Assembly (NCBI GenBank): GCA_012103475.1
Contig: WLWS01000002.1
Coordinates: 359,234 to 423,233, forward strand
Source of the DNA: Gammaproteobacteria bacterium
GTDB lineage: Bacteria; Pseudomonadota; Gammaproteobacteria; Eutrophobiales; Eutrophobiaceae
DNA: 64,000 nt
Direction of reading: 5' to 3'
Positions 1-9,928 of the stretch are shown here, in pieces; position 1 is the stretch's first letter; each line of letters begins with the position of its first letter. The notes beneath the pieces were generated by a model that worked only from the letters and a program-made list of their open reading frames with translations, did no database searches and was not told the origin of the DNA. The translations under genes were made by a program, and so were the position numbers.

Positions 1-813
1 ACATTACGCAGGGTCGTTGCTGTAACCTTGAAATTCGGGAATTCAGTAAGTGCCTCTTGAATCATATTCTTAAAAGCACTCACATCAATATCAGAAATAT
101 TGGCATCGACACCTTCTACATCCAGACCAAGGCAGGCAGTAAAATCCTCCTCATTGCCTATCATCACGTCAACGAATGACGCGATTCGTTTGTTTACTTG
201 CTGAGCTTTTACCTGGCCGCCAATTCCCTGCCAGAGTGAGGGACGATAATTCAGATCATACGAAACGATCGTATTGTACTTTTTGGCAATCTTAACGGCT
301 TCTTCGACCAGCGCCGCACTGCTGGCAGACAGGGCTGCGAATATGCCGCCAGTATGAAACCACCTGACCCCCTGTTTGCCGAATAAATCTTCCCAGTCGA
401 TATCACCGGGTTTCAACTGTGAGGCCGCAGTATTGCCTCTATCTGAATTCCCAATCGCACCGCGAGCACCGAAGCCTCGCTCAGTAAAATTGAGACCATT
501 ACGAACCGTTCTGCCGATTCCATCAGATGGAACCCATTTAATACAGTCTGTATCAACCCCTCCCTGAAAAATAAAGTCTTCAATGAGTGAGCCGATTTCA
601 TTTTCGACAAGTGCCGTGACAATAGCTGTCCGCATGCCAAAGCACTTGCGCAGCCCACGTGCAACATTATATTCACCACCGCCTTCCCAGGCTCGAAACT
701 GGCGGGCGTTTCTTATGCGACCCTCACCGGGGTCGAGCCGAAGCATAACCTCACCGAGTGAAAGTAAATCGTATTTACAACTATCAGGTTTTTTAATTTC
801 CAGCATGATTTGA
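1..813 (-). CDS. kdgK: pfkB-family sugar kinase, likely 2-dehydro-3-deoxygluconokinase (KdgK); 3' end runs off the window
   Basis: The reverse-strand translation from ATG at 813 is continuous to position 1 (MLEIKKPDSCKYDLLSLGEVMLRLDPGEGRIRNARQFRAWEGGGEYNVARGL...). This is a ribokinase/pfkB fold with the N-terminal GG motif typical of KDG kinases. It lies directly upstream of eda on the same strand. Confidence 0.7.
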
Positions 814-822
814 ACCGTCGTT

Positions 823-1449
823 TTATTGTCTAGCGATACTCAGAGCTTCTCTGGTTAAACGGGTAATTTCATCGAATTTTCCCTCCTGCACGAGTTTGTC
901 TGATACAAACCAGGAGCCGCCAACTGCGGCTACACAATCTACGTTAAGGTAGGATTGAATATTGGACAGATTTATACCACCGGTTGGAATAAAACGTAAA
1001 GCGGTATGACCGTAGGGGCCGGCAAATGCCTTTAACATACTGGCTCCACCAGCGGCTTCGGCGGGGAAAAACTTCAAAATTTCAAGACCAGAGTTTCGCG
1101 CCTGTTCGATTTCGGAAGGTGTGATCACACCGGGCATTATCAGTAAATTATGTTTCTGAGCTTTTTCAATTACCAATGGATTTAAACCTGGAGTGATAGC
1201 AAAACTGATACCAATATCAAGCAGGCGAGGAATAAGCTTGTGATCAAGCAGAGTTCCGGCGCCAATGATCATCTCTGGTGCAGATTCTTTAATTGCGGCG
1301 ATGCATTCAATTGCGGCTTCAGTTCTCAGGGTCACTTCGATGACGTTAAGATCTGCCGCAAGCAGTGCATCGGCTATTCGATTAGCATTGTTGACATCAT
1401 GAATTACTGCTACAGGGATCAATTTTTTTCTGAGAATTTTATCAATCAT
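823..1449 (-). CDS. eda: 2-dehydro-3-deoxy-phosphogluconate (KDPG)/KHG aldolase
   Basis: 208-aa ORF with typical Eda length and motifs (GAGTL, FFPAEAAGG, IPTGGI). Confidence 0.85.
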   Translation of the reverse strand: MIDKILRKKLIPVAVIHDVNNANRIADALLAADLNVIEVTLRTEAAIECIAAIKESAPEMIIGAGTLLDHKLIPRLLDIGISFAITPGLNPLVIEKAQKHNLLIMPGVITPSEIEQARNSGLEILKFFPAEAAGGASMLKAFAGPYGHTALRFIPTGGINLSNIQSYLNVDCVAAVGGSWFVSDKLVQEGKFDEITRLTREALSIARQ

Positions 1450-1467
1450 AATTTCTAAAATGGTTAT

Positions 1468-2433
1468 TTATTCAGTCGGATACTTAAGAGTAATTTGACG
1501 ACGTATTTCATCCATTGTTTGCATAATCTCGTGTGATTCGGCAAGGGGCATAAGCTCGCTTTCCAAAGCATCATTTCTAAGGCAACGATTGACTTCAGCA
1601 ATTTCAAATTGATAACCATTGGCATCAAAAGGCAGGTCAAAGTCCTGACTGTTTTGCCCATAAAGTTCCAGAGTTAAGCTGGAAGGACAGAATATTGGTG
1701 CTTGTAGATAAATTTTTCCTTTGCTTCCCAGCAAAGTAAGGTCGGGTGAAGACTGGCCGCGCAGTGAGACATAAAGGTTGGCGAGTGCGCCATTTTCGTG
1801 TTGCAGGAGATACGCATCATGTTCATCTACGCCGCTTTTCCCTAAAGAAGCCAGGGCACGAATTGAAGTCGGTTTACCAAATAACATGGAAGCCATAGAT
1901 ATGAGATAAACCCCGGCATCGAGTAAAACGCCACCGCCAAGCTTCGCATCAAATAAGTAGAAATCAGGATCGAAGTCCGGCATAAATGCACCACCGGCAA
2001 GCATAACCTGAACATCACCAATCGCGTCGTCGGCGAGTAGCTCTCTTAATTTTACTATCGATGGTATATAACGCGTCCACATTGCTTCCATCAGAAACAA
2101 GCCCCTGCTTTGCGCAAGTTTAATAACACTCGCTGCTTCGCTGGCGTTTATAGTAAACGGTTTCTCGCAGAGTACTGACTTGCCGGCATCTAAGCACAGC
2201 ATGATATTGTCTTTATGCATTGCATGGGGCGTGGCAATATAGACTACATCTATTTCAGTACATTCAACCAGGGCTTCGTAACTTTCAAAAGCCTGCGGTA
2301 TCAGGTATTCAGAGGCAAAGTTTTGAGCACTTTGCAATTTTCTCGAGCCGACGCCGATGATTTCCGCGTCTTCCACTATTGTCATAGCTTCTGCGAATGA
2401 GGAGGCGATTCGACCAGTCCCCATAATCCCCAT
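1468..2433 (-). CDS. Gfo/Idh/MocA family NAD(P)-dependent oxidoreductase
   Basis: N-terminal Rossmann motif GIMGTGRIA and an EKP motif, about 320 aa. The real start may be a few codons upstream at a non-ATG codon. Confidence 0.75.
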   Translation of the reverse strand: MGIMGTGRIASSFAEAMTIVEDAEIIGVGSRKLQSAQNFASEYLIPQAFESYEALVECTEIDVVYIATPHAMHKDNIMLCLDAGKSVLCEKPFTINASEAASVIKLAQSRGLFLMEAMWTRYIPSIVKLRELLADDAIGDVQVMLAGGAFMPDFDPDFYLFDAKLGGGVLLDAGVYLISMASMLFGKPTSIRALASLGKSGVDEHDAYLLQHENGALANLYVSLRGQSSPDLTLLGSKGKIYLQAPIFCPSSLTLELYGQNSQDFDLPFDANGYQFEIAEVNRCLRNDALESELMPLAESHEIMQTMDEIRRQITLKYPTE

Positions 2434-2465
2434 CTTATTTTTTCTTTCATTATTATGACTGGCAA

Positions 2466-3239
2466 TTAATGAGGCGCTATCGAATAGCCACCATCGGCAA
2501 TAAGGGTATGCCCGGTGATAAAGGAGGCTTCTTCGGAAGCAAGAAAGTAAACAGCATTGGCAATTTCAGGTGGTTCGGCAGCACGATCAAGAAGAGCGTA
2601 ACCGCGGGTCATTTCACGTAACTCATCCAGATCAATACCTTTTTCTTTCATACGCTTAATGTGAAAATCCGTCAGGGTATTTCCAGGGCAAACCGCATTT
2701 ACTCGAATACCCTGTTTACCATGATCGATAGCCAGACTTCGCATCAGACCAAGTACGGCGGTTTTACTGGCATCGTAGATCGCCATACCGGCTGTTCCAC
2801 CGAACGCGTTGATCGATGAAATAATAACAATAGATCCCTGACTCTTGTCGATCATTGTGGGCAGACAGGCTTTCGCAGAATAAGCGACACCTTTCAGGTT
2901 AACGCCCAAAATCGTGTCCCAGTCATTTTCAGTAGTGCTCAGGAGTCCACCGGCAGTCTGTATCCCGGCATTGGCTACCAATGCATCAATTCTGCCCCAC
3001 AGCTTCAAGGCTTTTTCACTGGCGAGTTGACTGGTGCTTTCATCGGAAATATCGCCTGTCTGCACTTCGCAATCTACATCTAGTTTAAGAATTTCTGCCT
3101 GTGTTAAAACAAGATCTGCTTCGCAGAGGTCAAGAGCCAGAATATGATACCCGGCAGTGGCAAAACGTAAGGCGCAGGCACGTCCAATACCGGCTCCTGC
3201 GCCGGTTACCAGCGCTACTTTATTGCTACTTTGTGTCAT
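2466..3239 (-). CDS. short-chain dehydrogenase/reductase (SDR), possibly a KDG or hexuronate-pathway reductase
   Basis: TGAGAGIGRA glycine motif and YxxxK catalytic dyad in a 257-aa ORF. Confidence 0.8.
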   Translation of the reverse strand: MTQSSNKVALVTGAGAGIGRACALRFATAGYHILALDLCEADLVLTQAEILKLDVDCEVQTGDISDESTSQLASEKALKLWGRIDALVANAGIQTAGGLLSTTENDWDTILGVNLKGVAYSAKACLPTMIDKSQGSIVIISSINAFGGTAGMAIYDASKTAVLGLMRSLAIDHGKQGIRVNAVCPGNTLTDFHIKRMKEKGIDLDELREMTRGYALLDRAAEPPEIANAVYFLASEEASFITGHTLIADGGYSIAPH

Positions 3240-3270
3240 GTTTTTTTTCAGTCTCCTGCTGCATAAATAA

Positions 3271-3288
3271 TAGTTTAAGGTTAAACTA
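3271..3288. promoter_or_regulatory. operator-like palindrome TAGTTTA-AGGT-TAAACTA in the divergent promoter between the SDR and MDR genes
   Basis: Perfect 7-bp inverted arms seen directly. An overlapping AAACTAGTTT palindrome sits immediately 3'. The same motif recurs at 5756-5773. Confidence 0.5.
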
Positions 3289-3349
3289 GTTTGAAGACAA
3301 TGTATGAGTTGCAGTTTCTACAAAAAGTGTCATTTAACAGGGATTAAAT

Positions 3350-4351
3350 ATGCCAAAGAGAATTATTTTTCCAAAAAAAGGGGGGGTTGTTTTTGAGGAA
3401 TTTGAACTCAGAGCTCCGATCGATAGTGAAGTTAGAGTAAAAACGCTTTTCAGTTTAATGAGCATAGGTACAGAAACCATTATTCTTCATCAGAAATACG
3501 ATGAGAATACACATTTTGCTCAGATGTTCTCATTCCCACAGCTCAAAACAGGAGTCCAGGCCATCGGCCGTGTCGAGGCAAAAGCCGAGGCTGCCGACAA
3601 TTTCAAGGTTGGGGATCTTGTCTACATGCGTGCGGCTCACGGTTCACATCAGTTACTTGATGAGTCTCTTTGTTCGCCGATCCCGGACGATATTGAAGAT
3701 TTGAAATCCGCTTCCTGGGCAGGACTGGCGAAGACCGCATTCCGTGCAGCATGGGCAGGTGATCTAAAACCTGAGAGTCATGTGCTGATTATTGGTGCTG
3801 GCCCCGTTGGCCAGATGACGGTTCGCTGGGTAGCCAATGCAAATGTTGCTACGCTGGCTGTAGCAGATGTGTCCGGGTTTCGACTTGAATATGCAAAGCA
3901 GGGTGGGGCAGCTTTGCTTATTCAGGGAGATATTGCGTCCAGCCTGGATAAAATCTCATTAATAAACAAAAACAGAGGACCGGATCTTGTCATTGATACC
4001 ACCGGTAACGCTGAAGTATTTGGTAGCGCTTTGGCTGCGGCAGGACAATTTGGCAAAGTAATTTTGCTTGGAGACAGTGGCTATCCCTCAAAACAATGTT
4101 TGAGTTCCGAGGTGATGACTAAAGGGCTGACGATTCAGGCAACACACGACTCTCATGACCTTGGAGGCTGGACTCAACGCAAGATTGATGCCCGCTTTTT
4201 TGATTTACTTCATAAAGGAAAATTTAATTTGACTGGTTTGATTACTCATGAATTTCGACCCGACCAATGTGTAGAGGCTTATCAACAGGCCGATAATCGC
4301 AGAGGAGAAAGTATGGGTATTCTTTATGACTGGACCCAGACTGATTATTAA
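3350..4351 (+). CDS. medium-chain dehydrogenase/reductase (MDR) family oxidoreductase, sugar-acid or polyol dehydrogenase-like
   Basis: GAGPVGQ Rossmann motif and MDR architecture, 333 aa. The canonical catalytic-zinc Cys/His ligands are not evident. Confidence 0.65.
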   Translation: MPKRIIFPKKGGVVFEEFELRAPIDSEVRVKTLFSLMSIGTETIILHQKYDENTHFAQMFSFPQLKTGVQAIGRVEAKAEAADNFKVGDLVYMRAAHGSHQLLDESLCSPIPDDIEDLKSASWAGLAKTAFRAAWAGDLKPESHVLIIGAGPVGQMTVRWVANANVATLAVADVSGFRLEYAKQGGAALLIQGDIASSLDKISLINKNRGPDLVIDTTGNAEVFGSALAAAGQFGKVILLGDSGYPSKQCLSSEVMTKGLTIQATHDSHDLGGWTQRKIDARFFDLLHKGKFNLTGLITHEFRPDQCVEAYQQADNRRGESMGILYDWTQTDY

Positions 4352-4768
4352 TTATGTCGGCGTATAGTCGATTTCGCAGACGCCACCGTATAATTGCATG
4401 CTTTTATCGGTGTATTGATGAAATTCAATAAAATTTCCGTTTGGATCATGGCAGGTAACCATCAAGGTGTGGTCAATACCAAGCTCTTTTTCGGTCACCT
4501 CAACACCCTTTGACATTAAAAGCTCGCGAGTCTCCTCAACGTCATCCACCTGTAGGGCAAAGTGACGCATATTACCTTCAGACAGGGGCTTTTTGACCTT
4601 TATGATTTCAATGAATGTAGTTTCACCGATGGATAAATACACACCAACTAATTCGTTTTCTTTATTTCTGAATTCGAATTGTCGATTGATATCAAGGAAA
4701 GAATAGAATTCTTCAGTCGGACCGAAATCATCGGTTTCAATGCAGACATGAGCGAGTCTTATGGCCAT
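4352..4768 (-). CDS. VOC/glyoxalase-bleomycin resistance family protein
   Basis: Taking internal Met (MAIRLAHVCIETDDF...) as the start gives a 138-aa product, which fits a VOC-fold protein. The longer ORF (start 4951) overlaps the neighbouring SDR gene and is probably an over-extension. Confidence 0.6.
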   Translation of the reverse strand: MAIRLAHVCIETDDFGPTEEFYSFLDINRQFEFRNKENELVGVYLSIGETTFIEIIKVKKPLSEGNMRHFALQVDDVEETRELLMSKGVEVTEKELGIDHTLMVTCHDPNGNFIEFHQYTDKSMQLYGGVCEIDYTPT

Positions 4769-4796
4769 TGTAATATACCTCGTTATAAATTTGTTA

Positions 4797-5678
4797 TTAA
4801 TCCGAATCGGGGTTTTCTTTGCCTTCACTCCACCAGTCACTACCTGAGACCATTCTGAGAAAATCATCTCGTTCCTTGTCTTTTTGAGCAAACATCTTTT
4901 CCAGTACCATTGTCGCCACATCGTCAGCGGGCCAGCGTAACTGGCTACCATCTGACGCGGCTATCTTGACAAGCAAATCTGCCACAATAGAAGGGGGAAA
5001 TGCCTCCGGCAAGCGTTGGCGCAGGGCCTTGAGATTCGTTTCAATTAATTTTCGGTAGGGTGAACTTACAGGATAATAATCTGGAAGCACTTTGTCTTCG
5101 GGCAGGCTGGTGTTCATTATGCCTGTTGCGTACATGCCTGCTTCCACCAGAGCGATTTTTATTCCCCAGCGATCTACTTCGTGACGCAAAGCTTCTGTTG
5201 CGCCTTCCAGACCAAATTTACTTGCCGTATAAGCCACATCACCGGGCAATCCGGCAATTCCTGAAAGAGAGCTAATCATGATGATGTATCCGCTGTTTTG
5301 TTTACGCATAGTCGGCAGCACGGCTCTGGTCAGTAATAATGGTCCTAGAAGGTTCGTATCAGTGACTTCACGAATCATGTCTTCAGATAAATCCTCAAAG
5401 GCACCGGCACGGAGCAAGCCGGCGTTATTCACCAGAACATCAATGCTTCCGCCCTCATTAATAATTTCTGCCAAACAGTCCTGAAATGTTTCCGGTCTGG
5501 TAACATCCAGTTGTTTAAGATGTATTGTGAAACCTTCTTCATCAGCGGCCTTTTTAAGAAGGTCTGCCTTATTCAGATCGCGCATACTCGCAAAAACAGT
5601 GTCCTTGTTTCTAGCGAAAGAAAGGGCAGCTTCAAGCCCGAAGCCACTGCTGCATCCGGTGATTAGTATATTGGCCAT
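4797..5678 (-). CDS. SDR family oxidoreductase
   Basis: MANILITGCSSGFG classical SDR N-terminus. The start is placed at that Met rather than the upstream Met at 5720. Confidence 0.75.
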   Translation of the reverse strand: MANILITGCSSGFGLEAALSFARNKDTVFASMRDLNKADLLKKAADEEGFTIHLKQLDVTRPETFQDCLAEIINEGGSIDVLVNNAGLLRAGAFEDLSEDMIREVTDTNLLGPLLLTRAVLPTMRKQNSGYIIMISSLSGIAGLPGDVAYTASKFGLEGATEALRHEVDRWGIKIALVEAGMYATGIMNTSLPEDKVLPDYYPVSSPYRKLIETNLKALRQRLPEAFPPSIVADLLVKIAASDGSQLRWPADDVATMVLEKMFAQKDKERDDFLRMVSGSDWWSEGKENPDSD

Positions 5679-5755
5679 AGTTGTCTTCTGGTGTTGTTCG
5701 AAACTGTTCAGTGATCCCAAATTAATTTTGACACTTACAGATTTCGAGATTAATA

Positions 5756-5773
5756 TAGTTTATGCTTAAACTA
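5756..5773. promoter_or_regulatory. operator-like palindrome TAGTTTA-TGCT-TAAACTA in the divergent promoter between the SDR and the ManD-like gene
   Basis: Same 7-N4-7 inverted repeat as at 3271-3288. Confidence 0.5.
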
Positions 5774-5850
5774 ATTTAGCAGGCTTTATTGCAAAATTCA
5801 ATTATCGTTTTACAAACAGTATCTTAGCCGGGGCAAAACTTTCAAATTCA

Positions 5851-7059
5851 ATGAAAATCAGAGATATAAAGGTCATCGTTACCTGTCCGGGACGAAACTT
5901 CGTGACCGTAAAAATCAGCACTGAGGAGGGTCTCTATGGAATCGGCGATGCCACTCTTAATGGTCGTGAGATGGCGGTGGTGGCCTATCTACAGGATCAC
6001 CTCGCACCCTGTCTGATTGGCCGCGATACAAGTCAGATTGAAGACATTTGGCAATACCTGTACCGGGGATGCTATTGGCGACGCGGACCGGTGACTATGT
6101 GTGCTATTGCAGCCATTGATACGGCTTTGTGGGACATTAAAGCCAAAGCGGCCGATATGCCCCTTTATCAGTTGCTTGGAGGTAAAAGTCGTGATGGCGT
6201 CCTCGTTTATGGCCACGCTAATGGTGAAGATATCAGTGAAACCGCAGACGAAGTGGCCAAATACATTGAACTCGGTTACAAGGCGATCCGTGCACAATCT
6301 GGGATTCCCGGCTTAAACTCAACCTATGGTGTCGCCAGAGAAAAAATGTACTACGAACCGGCTGACGCCGATTTGCCTTCAGAGAACACATGGTCTACGC
6401 CGGAGTACCTTCGCCATGTGCCCAGGCTTTTTGAGCATCTGCGTGATAAATTCGGTTTTGAACCGCAGCTACTGCACGACGTTCATCATCGTCTGACACC
6501 AATGGAAGCGGCGAGGCTGGGTAAATCTCTGGAAGATTATCAATTATTCTGGCTTGAAGACGCCGTGCCGGCAGAAAATCAGGAAGGTTTTCATCTGATT
6601 CGACAACATACGACAACTCCACTCGCATTAGGAGAGGTGTTTAATACTATCTGGGATTGTAAAGACCTCATTCAGCAACAGCTAATCGATTATATCCGGA
6701 CAACGGTTGTGCACGCCGGTGGAATCACTCATCTTCGACGTATTGCAGACCTTGCTGCTCTCTATCATGTCAGGACCGGATGTCATGGAGCTACCGATCT
6801 CTCGCCTGTGTGTATGGGGGCGGCTTTGCATTTTGATAGTTGGGTACCGAACTTTGGCATTCAGGAATATATGCGCCATACGGAGGAAACCGATGCGGTG
6901 TTTCCACATAGCTATAGTTTCAAAGACGGTTACCTGTATCCTGGCGAAAGCATCGGCCACGGTGTGGATATAGATGAAACGCTGGCGGCGAAATATCCAT
7001 ACAAGCGAGCCTATCTTCCTGTCAACAGACTGAAAGACGGCACCATGTGGAATTGGTGA
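5851..7059 (+). CDS. enolase-superfamily dehydratase of the D-mannonate dehydratase (ManD) subgroup
   Basis: 402-aa ORF with [21 protein letters not shown]-terminus and an MR/MLE-type barrel. Length and sequence character fit ManD/GalD-like members. Confidence 0.7.
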   Translation: MKIRDIKVIVTCPGRNFVTVKISTEEGLYGIGDATLNGREMAVVAYLQDHLAPCLIGRDTSQIEDIWQYLYRGCYWRRGPVTMCAIAAIDTALWDIKAKAADMPLYQLLGGKSRDGVLVYGHANGEDISETADEVAKYIELGYKAIRAQSGIPGLNSTYGVAREKMYYEPADADLPSENTWSTPEYLRHVPRLFEHLRDKFGFEPQLLHDVHHRLTPMEAARLGKSLEDYQLFWLEDAVPAENQEGFHLIRQHTTTPLALGEVFNTIWDCKDLIQQQLIDYIRTTVVHAGGITHLRRIADLAALYHVRTGCHGATDLSPVCMGAALHFDSWVPNFGIQEYMRHTEETDAVFPHSYSFKDGYLYPGESIGHGVDIDETLAAKYPYKRAYLPVNRLKDGTMWNW

Positions 7060-7169
7060 TGAACGCAACAGATTGTATTATTTTCAAGTTAACGCTGAAA
7101 GCTTTCTGTTTTTATTACCGGTGAAGCGGGAAGATTATTTCAAATTCAACTGACATGAGGAAGCAATAA

Positions 7170-8753
7170 GTGTCCGATTACGAAGTTATTATTGCCGGCG
7201 GTGGTCACAATGCGCTTATTGCCGCAGCGGTACTCGTTAAAAATGGTTTGAAAGTTCTGGTCGCAGAGCGTAATGACTGGGTTGGCGGAGGTGTCATCAC
7301 CCGTGATGTGACCTTACCTGGTTTTAAGCATGACCTGTTTGGTTCATCGCATGTCTGGATTCACCTGAATCCCGATTTTAAAGATCTCCTGCCCGAATTT
7401 GAAAAGCATGGGCTTAAATATATCTGGTCTGAAGATCACATTACTGGACACCCGAATAAATACGAAGGGCAGGGTATTATTGTTTACAAGGATGTGGATA
7501 AAACCTGCGACACGATTGCTGAGTATTCACAAAAAGATGCGATTCGCTACAAAGAAATTTACGAGGAGTTTGGCGAAATAAAAGACGGTGTGACTAAAGC
7601 GATGTTTGCTCCGCCATCACCTCCCAGTTACATGTATCAGGCCATGGAAAACAGTCCGGAAGGTCTAAAGCGTTTGCGTGATTACCAGTTAAGTTCGCGT
7701 CAGTTTACGCTGGATAATTTTGAAAACGATCATGTCCGGGCTTTTATTCTTGGCTGGGCGATGGCACCACAAACGCTCCCAGATCAGCTAGGAACGGCGG
7801 CTGGATTTTATGTGATGATCCCAAGCATTCATTATTACGGGCAGTCCATTCCCGAAGGTGGCAGTGGCATGCTGTCGGAGGCTATCAAGTCATATATTGA
7901 GGCCAATGGTGGCACGGTAATGACCGGAGCGACAGTACGTAAATTTATTGTTGAAAATAATGAATGTATTGGTTTTCGTTTAGAAGATGGAACCGAAATT
8001 ACAGCAAGTAAAGCTGTTGTCTCTGAACTGGATCCATATCAGACCTATCTGCATGGTTTTGAAGAAGGCGTGTTGCCGGATTCCTTCCTGCGAATGGTAA
8101 GAGAATTCCAGTTCGGAGAAGTGACTATTGCCAGAGTGCATTACGCGCTTAATGAGGCACCTTCGTTTAAGAATGGACCGGATATGGATAAAACTGCCTT
8201 CCAGAGAATTTTTGGAAACATGACGGATATTGATAAACAGTATAACGAAATGGCAATGGGCCTTGCGCCAAGTGATCCCTTTCTCTGGACAGCGGCATGG
8301 ACAAGAATGGATCCTACCAGAGCCCCAGCGGGCAAACATACATTGATCATGGACACCTTTGTTCCTGTCGATCTTGCCAGTGGTGAAAACTGGGAAGAAA
8401 TTGCGCCAGCCTATATAGAAGACAAGCTACTGGGGCAACTGCGTAATTTTACGACGAACATGAGTGACGACAATATTCTTGCTCAATACGTCGAAACCGG
8501 ACCAAGCCTGGCGCGGGCGAATTTGTGTTTTCACAGAGGGGTTACTACCGGAGGGGAACGCACTCTCGCACAACTCGGACCATTCAGACCATTCCCTAAT
8601 TATGCAAATTATCGTGGACCTATAGACAAACTTTATATGACCGGTCCTTCCTGTCACCCCGGTGGCGGAATCAGTGGGATGGGTACGATAGCGGCAAATG
8701 AAATTTTACTGGACCTTGGTGTAGTTGAAGAAGACGATGATTTTGATTTCTAA
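7170..8753 (+). CDS. FAD/NAD(P)-binding oxidoreductase, phytoene-desaturase (CrtI)/amine-oxidase-like
   Basis: N-terminal dinucleotide-binding motif VIIAGGGHNALIAAAVLVKNGLKVLVAE. GTG start. 527 aa. Confidence 0.65.
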   Translation: MSDYEVIIAGGGHNALIAAAVLVKNGLKVLVAERNDWVGGGVITRDVTLPGFKHDLFGSSHVWIHLNPDFKDLLPEFEKHGLKYIWSEDHITGHPNKYEGQGIIVYKDVDKTCDTIAEYSQKDAIRYKEIYEEFGEIKDGVTKAMFAPPSPPSYMYQAMENSPEGLKRLRDYQLSSRQFTLDNFENDHVRAFILGWAMAPQTLPDQLGTAAGFYVMIPSIHYYGQSIPEGGSGMLSEAIKSYIEANGGTVMTGATVRKFIVENNECIGFRLEDGTEITASKAVVSELDPYQTYLHGFEEGVLPDSFLRMVREFQFGEVTIARVHYALNEAPSFKNGPDMDKTAFQRIFGNMTDIDKQYNEMAMGLAPSDPFLWTAAWTRMDPTRAPAGKHTLIMDTFVPVDLASGENWEEIAPAYIEDKLLGQLRNFTTNMSDDNILAQYVETGPSLARANLCFHRGVTTGGERTLAQLGPFRPFPNYANYRGPIDKLYMTGPSCHPGGGISGMGTIAANEILLDLGVVEEDDDFDF

Positions 8754-8765
8754 GAGGATGTAATT

Positions 8766-9926
8766 ATGTCAAAAAAAGCAGAAAGAATTGATCCCTATAC
8801 CGCCCTTATAATTCAACCTGAAGTAACGGTGGTTGAAGACCGGGCCGGGATAAAGAAAAACCTGGACAGAGTATGCAACATGATTCATTTCGGAGTTGGC
8901 TATTTCTGGGAGCAGCCGGTTCGTCTGGTGGTATTGCCGGAATACTTTATGCAAGGTGTTGGCACACCAGGCAGGGGTGAAAGCACTATTCAGGACCAGA
9001 TGAATAAAGTGGTGACCATACCTGGACCTGAAACTGATCAACTGGCCGCCATAGCGAAAGAATATGAAATATATATTTGCGCCGGTGGAGTCTGCGAAGA
9101 GATCCCCGAATTTCCTGATCGCTGGTTCAATACCAATTTCATTATCGGACCGACGGGTGAGGTTGTGCTTAAGTACCACAAGTGGCACATACCGGCGTAT
9201 ATAGGTTTGGGTACCAGCCCTCATGACATGTACGATGAATATTGTGAGAAATTGGGTGGCGACATTAAAGATCTGTTTCCTGTGATCGATACGCCGATCG
9301 GAAAACTTGGCACTATGACCTGCCATGACGGTTGTACCCCTGAGGTCAGCCGCGCTCTTGGTTACAATGGTGTGGAAGTTATTTGTCATCCCGGTGCTAT
9401 TCAGGAAGTGGAAGGGGTCTCTGAGCCCTGGGATTTCTGGATGTTTACACGTCGCACCCGTGCTCACGATAACATGTGTTATGTACTAGGCTCGAACTGG
9501 GGGAAAGTTAACTACGATTATTATCCCAAAGCTTTTTGCCCGGGTAATTCCTTTGCGATTGACTATACGGGGATGGTGCTGAGACATACCCCATATCCCG
9601 AAGAGCAGGTACTGGCCGTGGGTATCGATATCGAAGCCTTAAGACATCACCGGACAAAAACTATTCATAATTGCTGGGTGGATGTTCGTACCGAAGGATT
9701 TAAACAAATATACGAGAAGCCGATCTACCCGCCAAACCGTTTTCCTTCTGGCAAACCACCGCGCAGCCTCTCCGAAAAGGTCTCCATTTGTAAGGAAGTC
9801 TTTGACGATATTTACGGGCGAGGGCAATTCACACCGCCTGCCGGCTACGCACCTGAAGATATTTCCGGTTTGTTAGAGAAACGAATCAAGTTCGCTCAGG
9901 ACACTGGGCGTTTAAAGAAGAGCTGA
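8766..9926 (+). CDS. carbon-nitrogen hydrolase (nitrilase superfamily) protein with a C-terminal extension
   Basis: Candidate E-K-C triad contexts: LVVLPEYF, KYHKWHIP, GTMTCHDG. 386 aa, which is longer than typical family members of about 270 aa. Confidence 0.55.
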   Translation: MSKKAERIDPYTALIIQPEVTVVEDRAGIKKNLDRVCNMIHFGVGYFWEQPVRLVVLPEYFMQGVGTPGRGESTIQDQMNKVVTIPGPETDQLAAIAKEYEIYICAGGVCEEIPEFPDRWFNTNFIIGPTGEVVLKYHKWHIPAYIGLGTSPHDMYDEYCEKLGGDIKDLFPVIDTPIGKLGTMTCHDGCTPEVSRALGYNGVEVICHPGAIQEVEGVSEPWDFWMFTRRTRAHDNMCYVLGSNWGKVNYDYYPKAFCPGNSFAIDYTGMVLRHTPYPEEQVLAVGIDIEALRHHRTKTIHNCWVDVRTEGFKQIYEKPIYPPNRFPSGKPPRSLSEKVSICKEVFDDIYGRGQFTPPAGYAPEDISGLLEKRIKFAQDTGRLKKS

Positions 9927-9928
9927 TT

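Noticed and set aside
4769-4951. N-terminal 61 codons of the 199-aa ORF 4352-4951
   Set aside because: This portion overlaps the 3' end of the neighbouring SDR gene on the same strand. A VOC-fold protein is complete from the internal Met at 4768, so it is an over-extended ORF call.
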